Shown piece after piece: positions 47,249 to 56,508 of a stretch of DNA of 64,000 bases. A program made the position numbers and the translations under genes. Source of the DNA: Longimicrobiales bacterium (GTDB lineage Bacteria; Gemmatimonadota; Gemmatimonadetes; Longimicrobiales; Gaopeijiaceae); the NCBI GenBank assembly GCA_963664435.2, contig CAXXKM010000001.1:704001-768000 (forward strand), read 5' to 3'. The notes below the pieces were generated by a model. It made no database searches and had not been told where the DNA came from. It saw only the letters and a list, made by a program, of their open reading frames with translations. Positions within the stretch are counted from its first letter, which is position 1, and every line of letters begins with the position of its first letter.

Positions 47249-47482
47249 GCGAGAGGCTGTCCGGTACCAGACGGTTTTCGGCGTTGGCTTCTGCGATCGT
47301 CGAAAGCGGCCGGGAGGTCGGCAGCCCCTCGGCGTTCCGCAACGAGAACGTCGAGCAGCTCGCGGGCCGACCCCTCGGCCAACTGGGGCCGGCGGTTCTC
47401 GGTCTGCACCGTGTGACTCATGTGCGCGGTCTGCCTCTGATAGCCGATTCTGCAGACACCGTCGGCGGAATCGCCCTGCTGA

Positions 47483-47958
47483 TCACTGCGCCAATGTCGA
47501 GCGCGCCAGCCCGGCCGCCCGCAGCGCCGCCGTCAGACCGTGTGCCTCCCGCGCTCCCGAGACGAGCGCCACCCTCGCCTTCGCGCTCAGCCGCTCCCGC
47601 CCAAGATATCTTGGAAGCGCGACCTCGACCTCCTTCTTGCCCAGCAGCTGCTCCAGATTCCGGATGCGACGCTCGTACTCGTTGACCGTCGTCTCATCCG
47701 CAAAGATCTCCGGAGCCCGCTCTACGAAACGCCGCTTCCAGGGCCCGACCGAATTCGGGTGCACCCCGTACGCCTTCGCCACCTGGCCGGGCGTTTTGTC
47801 GCCCGCCAGCACCTCCAGCACCACCTGCGCCTTCAGCTTTGGTGTGTACCTCCGCCTCGCCATGTCCACCTCCTTCGCGTCTGCCAGGTCCTACCCTGAA
47901 CAGCGTCGTTCCCGGAGGTCAACTCCACAATGCTGGGGTGTTTAAGATTCGGGGGTCA
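47483..47958 (-). mobile_element. IS3-family left end and OrfA, truncated
   Basis: MARRRYTPKLKAQVVLEVL...YGVHPNSV..WK; candidate IRL TGACCCCCGAATCTTAAACACC from 47958. Confidence 0.75.
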
Positions 47959-48103
47959 TATCCGTCGTCGTACGGGACGGACGCAATAGTATTGAGCAAG
48001 GACCCTGTTTAGAGGCCGCAGCTAGGATTGCCTCGCGTGTGATCATCACGTTTCACAGGATCCGGTTCCAGAGATCAATCTTGGATTCGGGGGTCGTACC
48101 AAA

Positions 48104-49219
48104 TCATCCACCCCGGATGAGCGGTGTCGGCTGGAAGATGTCTCCGCAATAGGCCGCGAGCGTGGCGTCTGCGACCTGATGTCCGTGAGCGAACAAGAGA
48201 TCGTACTCGCGTATCGTGCACCTCCGCAGAGTGGTGCCGAAGCGGGCTGCCTGTTGGACCTCCGAGTCGCGGAGAGAATCGTCACGGATGTGTTCCACCA
48301 TGGCGGGGCGGTTGGCATCGCGGTAGATACGCGCCTCGGTGTTGCCGAATCTCAGATACGCCCCGGCACCTGGATTCCGCTGGAGATGCGAGACGACCGC
48401 ACGGGCGCGGAGACCTCGAACCTGATCCGTCGCGATGTTGAGTAGGCGCCTCGGTGCGCGAAGCCTGCGTGTCTCGGACCCGAGCCAAGCAGATGCATCC
48501 GAGACGATCAGGAAGTCGAATCCATCCCTGAAATGGCCAGCCGGTTTGAACAGCGCTTCCACACCGAGATTGTCGTAGACACCACCGTCCCAGAGCCTGA
48601 GGGTGGGGAATTCAGGTGCGTGGGGTCGCGGCGTCTGCTGTCCGTCAAAGGCAAACCACTCGAACCGACTGGTATGGAGTTTCAGGGAACCCACCAGTCC
48701 GGGAACTGCGGACGAGGCGGCGACCGCCTGGGCGAGCGGTAGCTGTGGCGACCCGACGTAGCCAGCGACGTAGTCGCCCATGCGCTGCTTCATGAAACGC
48801 CAGTTCTTGCCGGTCTCGTAACATGTGGCATTGATGATCCACCTGGGATTGTTCGGCAAGTCGGACAACAGGCCGCCCAAAGACCAGCGGTCCTGAAGAG
48901 CTCCGGCCAACGCACCCGCGCGACCATGGCGAAGCACCCATGGACAGAAAAACATGTGTTGCAGACAGGCGCGGTCGAGCCCATGGGCGGTGAGTAGCCG
49001 ACGAGCCCTCGGGATGGTGTTTCGCAGAATGGCGTCGCTACCGGGCCAGGTCTTGTCGGAGCAGGCCCAGACCAGAGCTACCGCGAGGCTACCGCCCGAT
49101 ACGGTCGAGAGAAACGTGATGTTCTCGATCAGCGATTGCCGGGCGAGTCGCGCGAGCGCACCGAGATGGAAGATGGTTGCTCGGACGCCGCCGCCCGACA
49201 GTGCGAGGCCTATCCTCAT
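48104..49219 (-). CDS. Patatin-like phospholipase
   Basis: SGGGVRA, STVSGGS, WDGGVYDNLG. Confidence 0.92.
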   Translation of the reverse strand: MRIGLALSGGGVRATIFHLGALARLARQSLIENITFLSTVSGGSLAVALVWACSDKTWPGSDAILRNTIPRARRLLTAHGLDRACLQHMFFCPWVLRHGRAGALAGALQDRWSLGGLLSDLPNNPRWIINATCYETGKNWRFMKQRMGDYVAGYVGSPQLPLAQAVAASSAVPGLVGSLKLHTSRFEWFAFDGQQTPRPHAPEFPTLRLWDGGVYDNLGVEALFKPAGHFRDGFDFLIVSDASAWLGSETRRLRAPRRLLNIATDQVRGLRARAVVSHLQRNPGAGAYLRFGNTEARIYRDANRPAMVEHIRDDSLRDSEVQQAARFGTTLRRCTIREYDLLFAHGHQVADATLAAYCGDIFQPTPLIRGG

Positions 49220-50067
49220 CCGTCGTACTGCTCGATGCTGAAACCGCTAGAGGAAACGATGACCTGCACGCGTCCACCGCGTTTGGTGGTGTAGTACTTG
49301 ACAGTATTTCCCGAGGGAGACCGAACGCCGAGGGGATCGCTCCGAAAGGCTGGGTGTGTCTCGGAAGCCCCCCAAACGTCACTGATGAACGTGGCATGCG
49401 GCTGAACGGCGTCCATCATGCCCTTGCAGTAGCCGCTCCTGCGACCGTGATGCGGCGCAACAAGGAACCGGCATTCCGCATCTTCGATCAGGGCGAGGAA
49501 GCTCGATTCGTAGCGCCGCCAAAGCTCTTGCCACCCTGGGGGCTCGATGTCTCCCGGACAAACGAACAGCACGCCTCGGTAGAGCAACATGACAACAACG
49601 GACGTGTTGTTGCCTTCGATACTGGGGCCGTTCACGCGGGTTCCGTGGTCGAGTGAACCGACCGCGTATCGGACACCGCCATTGCGTTCGGGGTTGGTCG
49701 GGCTGCGGTGGCGGGGTACCGGGGAGGTGTACCGGCTGTGAAGATCGGCGAAGTCTTTCTGGTACTGGAAGGTGCGCTGTCCGAACATGTCAGTGGCCGG
49801 CAGCGACTTGTTGCGGTGCAACACTCGAGGGTCGCCGAAGGTTGCCCTGAACTGAGGCAGATCTTCGACGTGATCCTTGTCGGGATGGCTGATGACAAGG
49901 TAGTCGATCTCGGACACCCGGTACGCGCGCCCGACGTGTTCGCTCGGCGAAAACTCTGGCGTGCGGCCGAGATCGATCCAATGGTTGGATCCGTTGGGCG
50001 TCTTGATCCAGATGGACACCCCGTGTCCCACATCCCAAACGGTGAACATCAGTTGGTGGTCGGTCAT
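49216..50067 (-). CDS. ComEC/Rec2-like metallo-beta-lactamase-fold hydrolase
   Basis: WDVGHG, ISHPDKDH, NNTSVV, PGD, APHHG; overlaps the patatin start. Confidence 0.88.
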   Translation of the reverse strand: MTDHQLMFTVWDVGHGVSIWIKTPNGSNHWIDLGRTPEFSPSEHVGRAYRVSEIDYLVISHPDKDHVEDLPQFRATFGDPRVLHRNKSLPATDMFGQRTFQYQKDFADLHSRYTSPVPRHRSPTNPERNGGVRYAVGSLDHGTRVNGPSIEGNNTSVVVMLLYRGVLFVCPGDIEPPGWQELWRRYESSFLALIEDAECRFLVAPHHGRRSGYCKGMMDAVQPHATFISDVWGASETHPAFRSDPLGVRSPSGNTVKYYTTKRGGRVQVIVSSSGFSIEQYDG

Positions 50068-50194
50068 GTTTGAGCAGTCGTGTAGCGTGAAGGCAAGGAT
50101 CAGGTACGGACCGACAAGAAGATATGGCCGGCACGTTAGGGTTCAACCCGAGCGGCCCTTGAGCCCCGAACGCGGCACCGGTTGCCAGCGGGTG

Positions 50195-50490
50195 TACCGG
50201 TCCGGGTTTTCTGGACAAGTGGACGGCTTAAGACATCAGGCCGCCCTTCGGCCGAGCTTCTCGCGGGCGCGGGCCGGGGTCATGTACCCGTGGCGCTGGA
50301 GGAGCCAGCTGTTGTTGTAGCGCTCGATGAAAGCCCCGATCACTGCTCTGGCCTCCTCGAAGGTATCGAAGTGGTGCAGGTAGATGCACTCCTCCTTGAG
50401 CGTGCGGATGAAGCGCTCCGCGACGCCCGTTGCACTTCGGTTCGCCCATGTAGGCGGGCGTGGAGCGGATGCCGAGCCACTTGATCTCAG
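50195..50490 (-). mobile_element. IS3-family OrfB 3' remnant with right end
   Basis: ERFIRTLKEECIYLHHF...YNNSWLLQRHGYMTP; terminal TGTACCGGTCCGGGTTTTCTGGACA. Confidence 0.7.
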
Positions 50491-50557
50491 CTGCGATGTC
50501 GGCTCAGTTGCCCGCCGTCCCTCGGAGCCGACCCAGAGCGGCCAGAACCATCCGCAC

Positions 50558-50815
50558 CTAAAGCGGCACGGCGTCTTCCGACATCATGTCGCCGCGAAAT
50601 GCGCCGACGTGCACGTGAGGATGGAATGACGAGCCGTTGTTCCCGATGCGGGCGACCGGGTCGCCTGCCCGCACGGTGTCACCCTGGGATACCGTCACCT
50701 CGCGGACATGGACGTAAGCGACATGGACATCCGTCGGTTCGCCGTCGACCAGGTGCTGGAACCCGATGGCGCTCGAGCATCTCGAGCCCATGACGCCGCG
50801 GGGCGTGGTTTCCAC
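50558..50815 (-). pseudogene. M23 peptidase C-terminal fragment
   Basis: YVHVREVTVSQGDTVRAGDPVARIGNNGSSFHPHVH. Confidence 0.7.
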
Positions 50816-50822
50816 GACACAG

Positions 50823-51332
50823 CTAGAAGGCCTTCCTCGCGTGCCTGATGCGCGCTCTGACCGCGGCGCTGTCCTTTTCCGCGGCGCGGTCGAAGAGAGC
50901 TGTGACCTCTGCCCGGATCGCGGGATCGCGGGCCGCCAGGACTCCCAGGCCGTTGTACGCCCACGCCCGCAGGAACGTTCGCTTCGACCTGATCAGCGCG
51001 AGCAGCTCTCGCTTCAGCACGCGCTCCCGTCCCGCCGGGATATCGATGTACTGTAGCGTCTGCAGCACATGCAGCGTGGCGTGGGGCGCGGCGGCACGGC
51101 CGAGCAGGTCCACCAGCTCCGCCGCCTGCTCCCCGCGCGGAACCGTCCCCCGTTCGGCCAGGTGCTTCAGCACCCAGGTCGCACCGACCTGCAGCTGCAT
51201 CTCGTCCGAGGCTGCGAGGTCGAGAAGGTGACCGAGCGGGACTTCGGGCGCATCCCGCACAGCCTCGGCGACCGCGCGAAACGGCGCCACGCGCTTCCCG
51301 TCGTAGCTGCGGAGTCTTGCCGCGATGTCCAT
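50823..51332 (-). CDS. Helical-repeat hypothetical protein
   Basis: GATWVLKH...FLRAWAYNGL...SAAVRARIR; start MDIAARL chosen. Confidence 0.6.
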   Translation of the reverse strand: MDIAARLRSYDGKRVAPFRAVAEAVRDAPEVPLGHLLDLAASDEMQLQVGATWVLKHLAERGTVPRGEQAAELVDLLGRAAAPHATLHVLQTLQYIDIPAGRERVLKRELLALIRSKRTFLRAWAYNGLGVLAARDPAIRAEVTALFDRAAEKDSAAVRARIRHARKAF

Positions 51333-51378
51333 GGTCGGCCTCCGGCCCATCGGTGCCCGCGCCCGCACCCGCAAGGCG

Positions 51379-52584
51379 TTATCCGGCGTCGCCGCGCTCC
51401 ACCAACTCGTACACGGCCACGCTTTGTTCATCGAATTCGCCGCGCTCAAGCAGGAGCACCCAGTCCAGGCCTGCGTCGAGGAGGTTCGAGCGAGCCGGGA
51501 TTGTGAGCCGCCGAACCCACATGCCATTCGGGTCCAGCAAGTGGAGTTCCTTCCTCGGCGCCCTCCACATGTGGGTCGTGACCCACACGCTGCCGTCCGG
51601 CAGCGCCAGGAGGCCGTCCGATTCGTAGGCGGGGAAGCGTTCCGGCAAGTCGTCCCGAATCCCGGGCCAGCGCTCGCGCTCGAAGCGCCGCCGCTCTGCA
51701 GGGGTGTCGTACCGAGTCAGATAGGTGCTCAGATACCGATCCATATGCTCGCCGGTGACCTCGAGGTCCGGCCCCGCCCACCGCGCGACACGCGTGATGC
51801 GGCCGGTCCAGTCGACGTGTACGAGTTCGTAGTCGTCGGCCGACCCGTACCACACGCCGGTGCCTGTGGCTGCGAAGGCCAGGCTCTTACCCCAGGTCAG
51901 CGGCCCGGAACCGCCGCCATAGGTGCGGCGCTCCGCTCCGGGGATCCCCTCGGCCAGGATGACCACGCCATCGTCCCCTTCCCAACTCACGGCCATCTCC
52001 CAGCGATAGATCTCACCCACGCCCGCCGGTCGGCTGTCCAACTCGCTCCCCGGCCACCCGACAAAGACCAGATCGCCGTTTGGCGAGCAGGCGGGACTGC
52101 CGTAGGGTTGCACTCCCGTCCCGGCAAGCGCCCGGGTGTCGACTACGTTCCCGTCCCGGTCTAGCTTCGTGATGCGGTCCAGACTCCAGTCGAAGACCGT
52201 GATCGCCGTTCCCGGACAGCCCCGTAGCAACCTGACTCCTCCGTACTCGCCCGGCCCCTCGCCTTGTCGTCCGCTCGTCCATACATGGCGACCACGGGCA
52301 TCGAACATCCGGATCTCGTAGGTCTGCTCGTCCGCCAGGACGATGCTGCCGTCCTCCAGCCGGACCCCACCTTCTATGGTGCTGAACAGGTATTCCGTCG
52401 GGCCTTCCAGCATGCCGACCCGCACCTGCGGCTCGTCCGCCAAGGTCAGGTCGGGCATTCCAGGGGTTGCGCTCTCGACTACCGTCTGAGCGGAGAGCGG
52501 GGCCGGCGGCCCCGCCAGGTGTGCAGCCAGGATCAGGGCAGGGTGGATGGCCCGGTTCAGCCACTGCCGGTTGCCATGAGTCAT
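51379..52584 (-). CDS. Secreted 6-bladed beta-propeller (NHL-like) protein
   Basis: Signal peptide LSAQ; GRQGEGPGEY; GGAGG RBS. Confidence 0.8.
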   Translation of the reverse strand: MTHGNRQWLNRAIHPALILAAHLAGPPAPLSAQTVVESATPGMPDLTLADEPQVRVGMLEGPTEYLFSTIEGGVRLEDGSIVLADEQTYEIRMFDARGRHVWTSGRQGEGPGEYGGVRLLRGCPGTAITVFDWSLDRITKLDRDGNVVDTRALAGTGVQPYGSPACSPNGDLVFVGWPGSELDSRPAGVGEIYRWEMAVSWEGDDGVVILAEGIPGAERRTYGGGSGPLTWGKSLAFAATGTGVWYGSADDYELVHVDWTGRITRVARWAGPDLEVTGEHMDRYLSTYLTRYDTPAERRRFERERWPGIRDDLPERFPAYESDGLLALPDGSVWVTTHMWRAPRKELHLLDPNGMWVRRLTIPARSNLLDAGLDWVLLLERGEFDEQSVAVYELVERGDAG

Positions 52585-52749
52585 TTCGACACCTCCAATC
52601 CCATCCTCTCGCGTGCAACCGCCACTGCCGGGGAAACTTCGCGGTTGCGTCCCGTCGCGCCGTCGCGCCGCGAAGTACAAGGTAAACGTTCCGGTCTCTC
52701 CTGGCGTCCTCTTTCCAGGAAGCCGCACGGAAGAAAGGACTGAGAATGC

Positions 52750-53331
52750 ATGCTCTCCGACCGAGAGATCTTGGAGTTGGCCGAAAGGGCCAAGGCGGGA
52801 GAAAAAGAGGCGTTCGGAAAGCTGGCGGACGATCTCCGACCCCTTGTTTGCCGGTGGGCACTGGTCATGACCGCCGATCCCGACGACGCGGAAGACGTTG
52901 CGCAGTCCGTCGTGATCAAGATGCTCACGTCGATCACAAGCTTCAGCGGCCGCTCCAGAGTGACGAGCTGGCTCTACCGGATGACACGGAACGCCAGCCT
53001 GGATCACCTGCGAGGGAAGCGGCGGAACCAACGATTGGCCGAGAAGCTCGGGCAGTTGGCTCAGGCAGAGACACCCCGGCTCGAAGACCCGCTGGATGAA
53101 CTCGAGATGAAGAGAACACTGAGACTGATCCGGACGCTTCTGAGCAAGCTGCCCATGAGGCAACGAGAGGTCTTCGATCTGGTGGAGTTGCAGGGGCTGA
53201 AGCCGATCGAGGCGGCTGATCTGCTGGAGATGAACCCGAACACGCTGAGGGTACATCTGCTGCGCGCACGGCGCGCGATGCGCAGAGAGATGTTGTCCCA
53301 GGGCCACAGGTACGGAAACGTGGGGGAGTGA
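52750..53331 (+). CDS. ECF sigma factor
   Basis: DAEDVAQ, SWLYRMTRN, LPMRQREVF, TLRVHLLRARR. Confidence 0.93.
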   Translation: MLSDREILELAERAKAGEKEAFGKLADDLRPLVCRWALVMTADPDDAEDVAQSVVIKMLTSITSFSGRSRVTSWLYRMTRNASLDHLRGKRRNQRLAEKLGQLAQAETPRLEDPLDELEMKRTLRLIRTLLSKLPMRQREVFDLVELQGLKPIEAADLLEMNPNTLRVHLLRARRAMRREMLSQGHRYGNVGE

Positions 53332-53780
53332 TGGATCATCGCAATGACCTGCCGGATGAGATCCTGGAGGGAGATCTCGACGCGCACGAGGGCATGGATG
53401 CCCCAGCGCGTCAGAGCGTCGAGCGGCTCGCCCGGGACGGACGGAATATGGACGCCGTCCTCAGAGCGATGGCGAACCGGTTGAGTGAAAGACCGCCGGC
53501 TGCGGAGAGGGGGCAAGCCGCACCGCTACGCCCTCGGCCCTCCTGGAGGATTCGGACCCTGGTGCCACTGACGGCCGCTGCCATCTTCGCTTCGCTGATC
53601 CTGATGCGGACCGACCGAACCGGAGAGAGAGACGAGTCCCTCGCTCTGCCAAGGGCTCCGCAGGCACGGAGCATGACGGCGGAGCTGAACGTGGAGGCCG
53701 ACAGGCCGTTCGCGGTCTTCCCCACGAGCGATCCCGACATTGCCGTAGTCTGGCTGTTCAACCCCAAGGAGAGTAACTGA
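53328..53780 (+). CDS. Putative membrane anti-sigma factor
   Basis: Overlaps the ECF stop; single TM LTAAAIFASLIL. Confidence 0.6.
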   Translation: MMDHRNDLPDEILEGDLDAHEGMDAPARQSVERLARDGRNMDAVLRAMANRLSERPPAAERGQAAPLRPRPSWRIRTLVPLTAAAIFASLILMRTDRTGERDESLALPRAPQARSMTAELNVEADRPFAVFPTSDPDIAVVWLFNPKESN

Positions 53781-54364
53781 TGACCAGGATTGTGAAGAAG
53801 AGTTTTCGGTGCGCGCTGATCGTTCCGCTGGCCCTGGGTCCGCTTGCGGGCGTCGCAAGTGCACAGGAGCGCCGGGATCAGGACATCCGGAACGTGCAAC
53901 TCGTCTTTGACCTGGTGCAGGCGGATGGCTTCACCGACGAGGATCCGGGCATCGCCGATGTCGTGGCCGAACTCCGGATGCTCTTCAACTTCCGGGGATA
54001 CCGGCTCCTGTCGACTTCGGTGCTCAACGTCGGCCTCGCACAGCAAGCCAACTCATCGGCCAGCGTTACCGGCAGCGGGTCCCAGAGGATTGTCCCAGGC
54101 GACTACAAAACGCCGCTGGCGATCAGCGCGGAGGTGAGTGCGCGCCGTTCCACGAGCGTTGTCCGCGCCAGGGTGATCCTCACCGACGTGACCTCGCGGG
54201 TGACAGGCAATGCGGGTTTGAGGGAACGACTGCCGCTTCTCGAAGCCTCGGTCACGATCCGTGATGGCCAGAGGGTCGTGTTGGGATCGGCTCGTCGCTC
54301 CGCCGAAGAGCCCGTGCTCATCCTCATCGTGACGCCCCGGATCGATCTGGCGACTCCAGAGTGA
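53780..54364 (+). CDS. Secreted protein with secretin-like C-terminal strands
   Basis: Signal peptide; LLEASVTIRDGQRVVLGS...LILIVTPRI. Confidence 0.5.
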   Translation: MTRIVKKSFRCALIVPLALGPLAGVASAQERRDQDIRNVQLVFDLVQADGFTDEDPGIADVVAELRMLFNFRGYRLLSTSVLNVGLAQQANSSASVTGSGSQRIVPGDYKTPLAISAEVSARRSTSVVRARVILTDVTSRVTGNAGLRERLPLLEASVTIRDGQRVVLGSARRSAEEPVLILIVTPRIDLATPE

Positions 54365-55608
54365 TCAGGCGTCGACACCGGTCATCGAGCACTTCGGTGG
54401 CCATCCTCATCCTGACACTTGCGGCCATCGCCGGCTGCGAGGACAGGTCCACGCCCACCCGCGGGGATCTGACCATTTCGATTGACACGGTTGGCAACAT
54501 CATCCGCGTAAGCAACACGGGCACCCCACTCGATTGGCGACTCGTCCCGGTCGCCTCCATTGGACCGAAATCGCTGGCTGAAACGGGGGCGGCCGAGGAG
54601 TTCGGCCGAGTCAACAGCGTCGCGGTGGGTCCGGATGGGACCCTGTTCGTAGCCGATGGTCTCAACCACGAGGTCCGAGTCTTCGGACTGGACGGAGTCC
54701 ATCAACGTACCTTTGGGCGCAACGGCGAGGGGCCGGGCGAGTTCCGCAGTCTGTATTCGCTCGCGTGGGTGGGAGATCGGCTCCTGACCCTGGATCCCAA
54801 CCTGGGTCGCATCGGGGAGTTCTCGGCCGAGGGCGAGTGGCTGGGACAGCAGCGGATCGAAGGGAGCGTGAGCGGACCCGTCGACCACATCCGGTTCCGG
54901 ACGGTAAGCGCTGACCGCGTCTATCGTCTTGGGTACATGCGGCATGCCACCGGAGTCACCTCCGTGCTCGTCGGTCACGACAGCCGCGGGGAGACGGGCG
55001 ACACGCTGTCGTGGCTCCAGCCGCCACCGGAGTCGACCGGCATCATCCTCTGCAGGCACGACCCGCTGATCACCTTCTTCGACATTCCCTTCGGCTCCCG
55101 GCTGGTGCAGTATCCCGGCGCGGACGGCGTGCACTATTCGGCGATGACGGATGCCTACCGGATCGCCGTCACCCGGAATGCTACGGATACCCTTCGCCTC
55201 ATCGAGCGCAGCCTGCGGGAGGAGCGCATCTCGGACGAGGAATGGACGGCCGGAATCAGGGACTTCGAGGAGTTTCTAGTCGAAAACCCAAACGCGTCCT
55301 GCGAGCCGCGGCGGCCGAGCCGACCCGCGCGCAAGCCCTTCATCGGGGACATCTTCCTCGCTCCCGATGGAACCCTGTGGGTGGAGGTGATTCGCTCGGC
55401 CGGCAACCGACTGGAGGTCTTCGATCCCGAGGGCCGGCTGCTGGGCAGCCTGCCCGCCCCGTCACGCAAGGAAGGCTCCGTACCCGCGTTTGGTGCGGGT
55501 CATCTGGTGACGGTCCGCCGGGACAGCCTGGACCTGGACCACGTGGACGTCTGGAGGATCGAGCGGGCGGGAGGCGGAACAGGCGGTGGCATTATCGACC
55601 GATTGTAA
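54361..55608 (+). CDS. 6-bladed beta-propeller lipoprotein
   Basis: Lipobox IAGC; FGRNGEGPGEF. Confidence 0.8.
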   Translation: MIRRRHRSSSTSVAILILTLAAIAGCEDRSTPTRGDLTISIDTVGNIIRVSNTGTPLDWRLVPVASIGPKSLAETGAAEEFGRVNSVAVGPDGTLFVADGLNHEVRVFGLDGVHQRTFGRNGEGPGEFRSLYSLAWVGDRLLTLDPNLGRIGEFSAEGEWLGQQRIEGSVSGPVDHIRFRTVSADRVYRLGYMRHATGVTSVLVGHDSRGETGDTLSWLQPPPESTGIILCRHDPLITFFDIPFGSRLVQYPGADGVHYSAMTDAYRIAVTRNATDTLRLIERSLREERISDEEWTAGIRDFEEFLVENPNASCEPRRPSRPARKPFIGDIFLAPDGTLWVEVIRSAGNRLEVFDPEGRLLGSLPAPSRKEGSVPAFGAGHLVTVRRDSLDLDHVDVWRIERAGGGTGGGIIDRL

Positions 55609-55734
55609 TCAGTGCAGGAGATCCTCTGCCTGGATCGGTGTGGCCTCCGGCTTGGCCTCGGCGTATCCCATGATCCGCTGGGGCAGGCTCATAGTATCAT
55701 CTCACTCCCTGCCATAGTATCATCTCTCTCCTTG

Positions 55735-56475
55735 CTACCCCGGCAACCTCAACGACACGTGCAGATGGTCGGCCGTACCCACATGCCGGAGCGTGTGGAA
55801 GCCCATCGCCCGGAATGCCAGTTCGGCCGCCTGGTTCCGCCATTCGGGCCGGTTGATGGTGCGAAGATCCAGCGCGTGGACGAATCCGTCGTCCTGGCGG
55901 AAGTGCAGGGACGACTCGTTGGCGGGGAGCCCCGCGCGGGCGTAGAAGTCGGGCGTGCGGTCGGCATCGGTGATCACGGCGTCGGCGTCGGCCAGGACGA
56001 AGACCGATACGGCCATCCGCAACAGGGGATGAAGGCCCGAGTACTCGGCGCGCACCTCTTCGGACTTCACGTTGCCACCCGCGATGACCAGCAGCGAGTA
56101 GAGCACGAACGCGGCGGCGCCAAGAGCCGCGGCCCGCATCGCGAACTTCCTGAACCACTTCCCTGCCCCCAGGCGCCGACTTGCGGCCCACGCGTAGCAC
56201 GCCAGGAGCAGCGCGGTGGCGGCTGTCGAGACGGCCAGTGAGGGCCATGCTCCCAGCCCCCATTGCTGGTAGGCGAAGACGCCGCCGCGGACGAGGAGGA
56301 TGAACGGCAACACCGCAAGCAGGACGGCCGTTACACCCCACCGCACGACTCTGCCGAGGAAACGCCGTGGTGGCTTCCCGTCGCGCCGGTTCTCCGCTCT
56401 CGGTCCGGCCGCGGCCCCGTCCCCCGGCTCGGTCCCCGGACCGGCACCCGGATACTCGACTCTCAGACTGCTCAC
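55735..56475 (-). CDS. Membrane protein with C-terminal peptidase-M15-like motif
   Basis: 3 TMs; SSLH...HALDLRT...ADHLHVS. Confidence 0.55.
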   Translation of the reverse strand: MSSLRVEYPGAGPGTEPGDGAAAGPRAENRRDGKPPRRFLGRVVRWGVTAVLLAVLPFILLVRGGVFAYQQWGLGAWPSLAVSTAATALLLACYAWAASRRLGAGKWFRKFAMRAAALGAAAFVLYSLLVIAGGNVKSEEVRAEYSGLHPLLRMAVSVFVLADADAVITDADRTPDFYARAGLPANESSLHFRQDDGFVHALDLRTINRPEWRNQAAELAFRAMGFHTLRHVGTADHLHVSLRLPG

Positions 56476-56508
56476 ATGTCCTCCGGTGCCCCTGCCCGTT
56501 CTCCGTGG

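Noticed and set aside
41433..50067. Calling the region CBASS or Pycsar because of patatin plus E2-E1-JAB
   Set aside because: No CD-NTase or cyclase ORF is present
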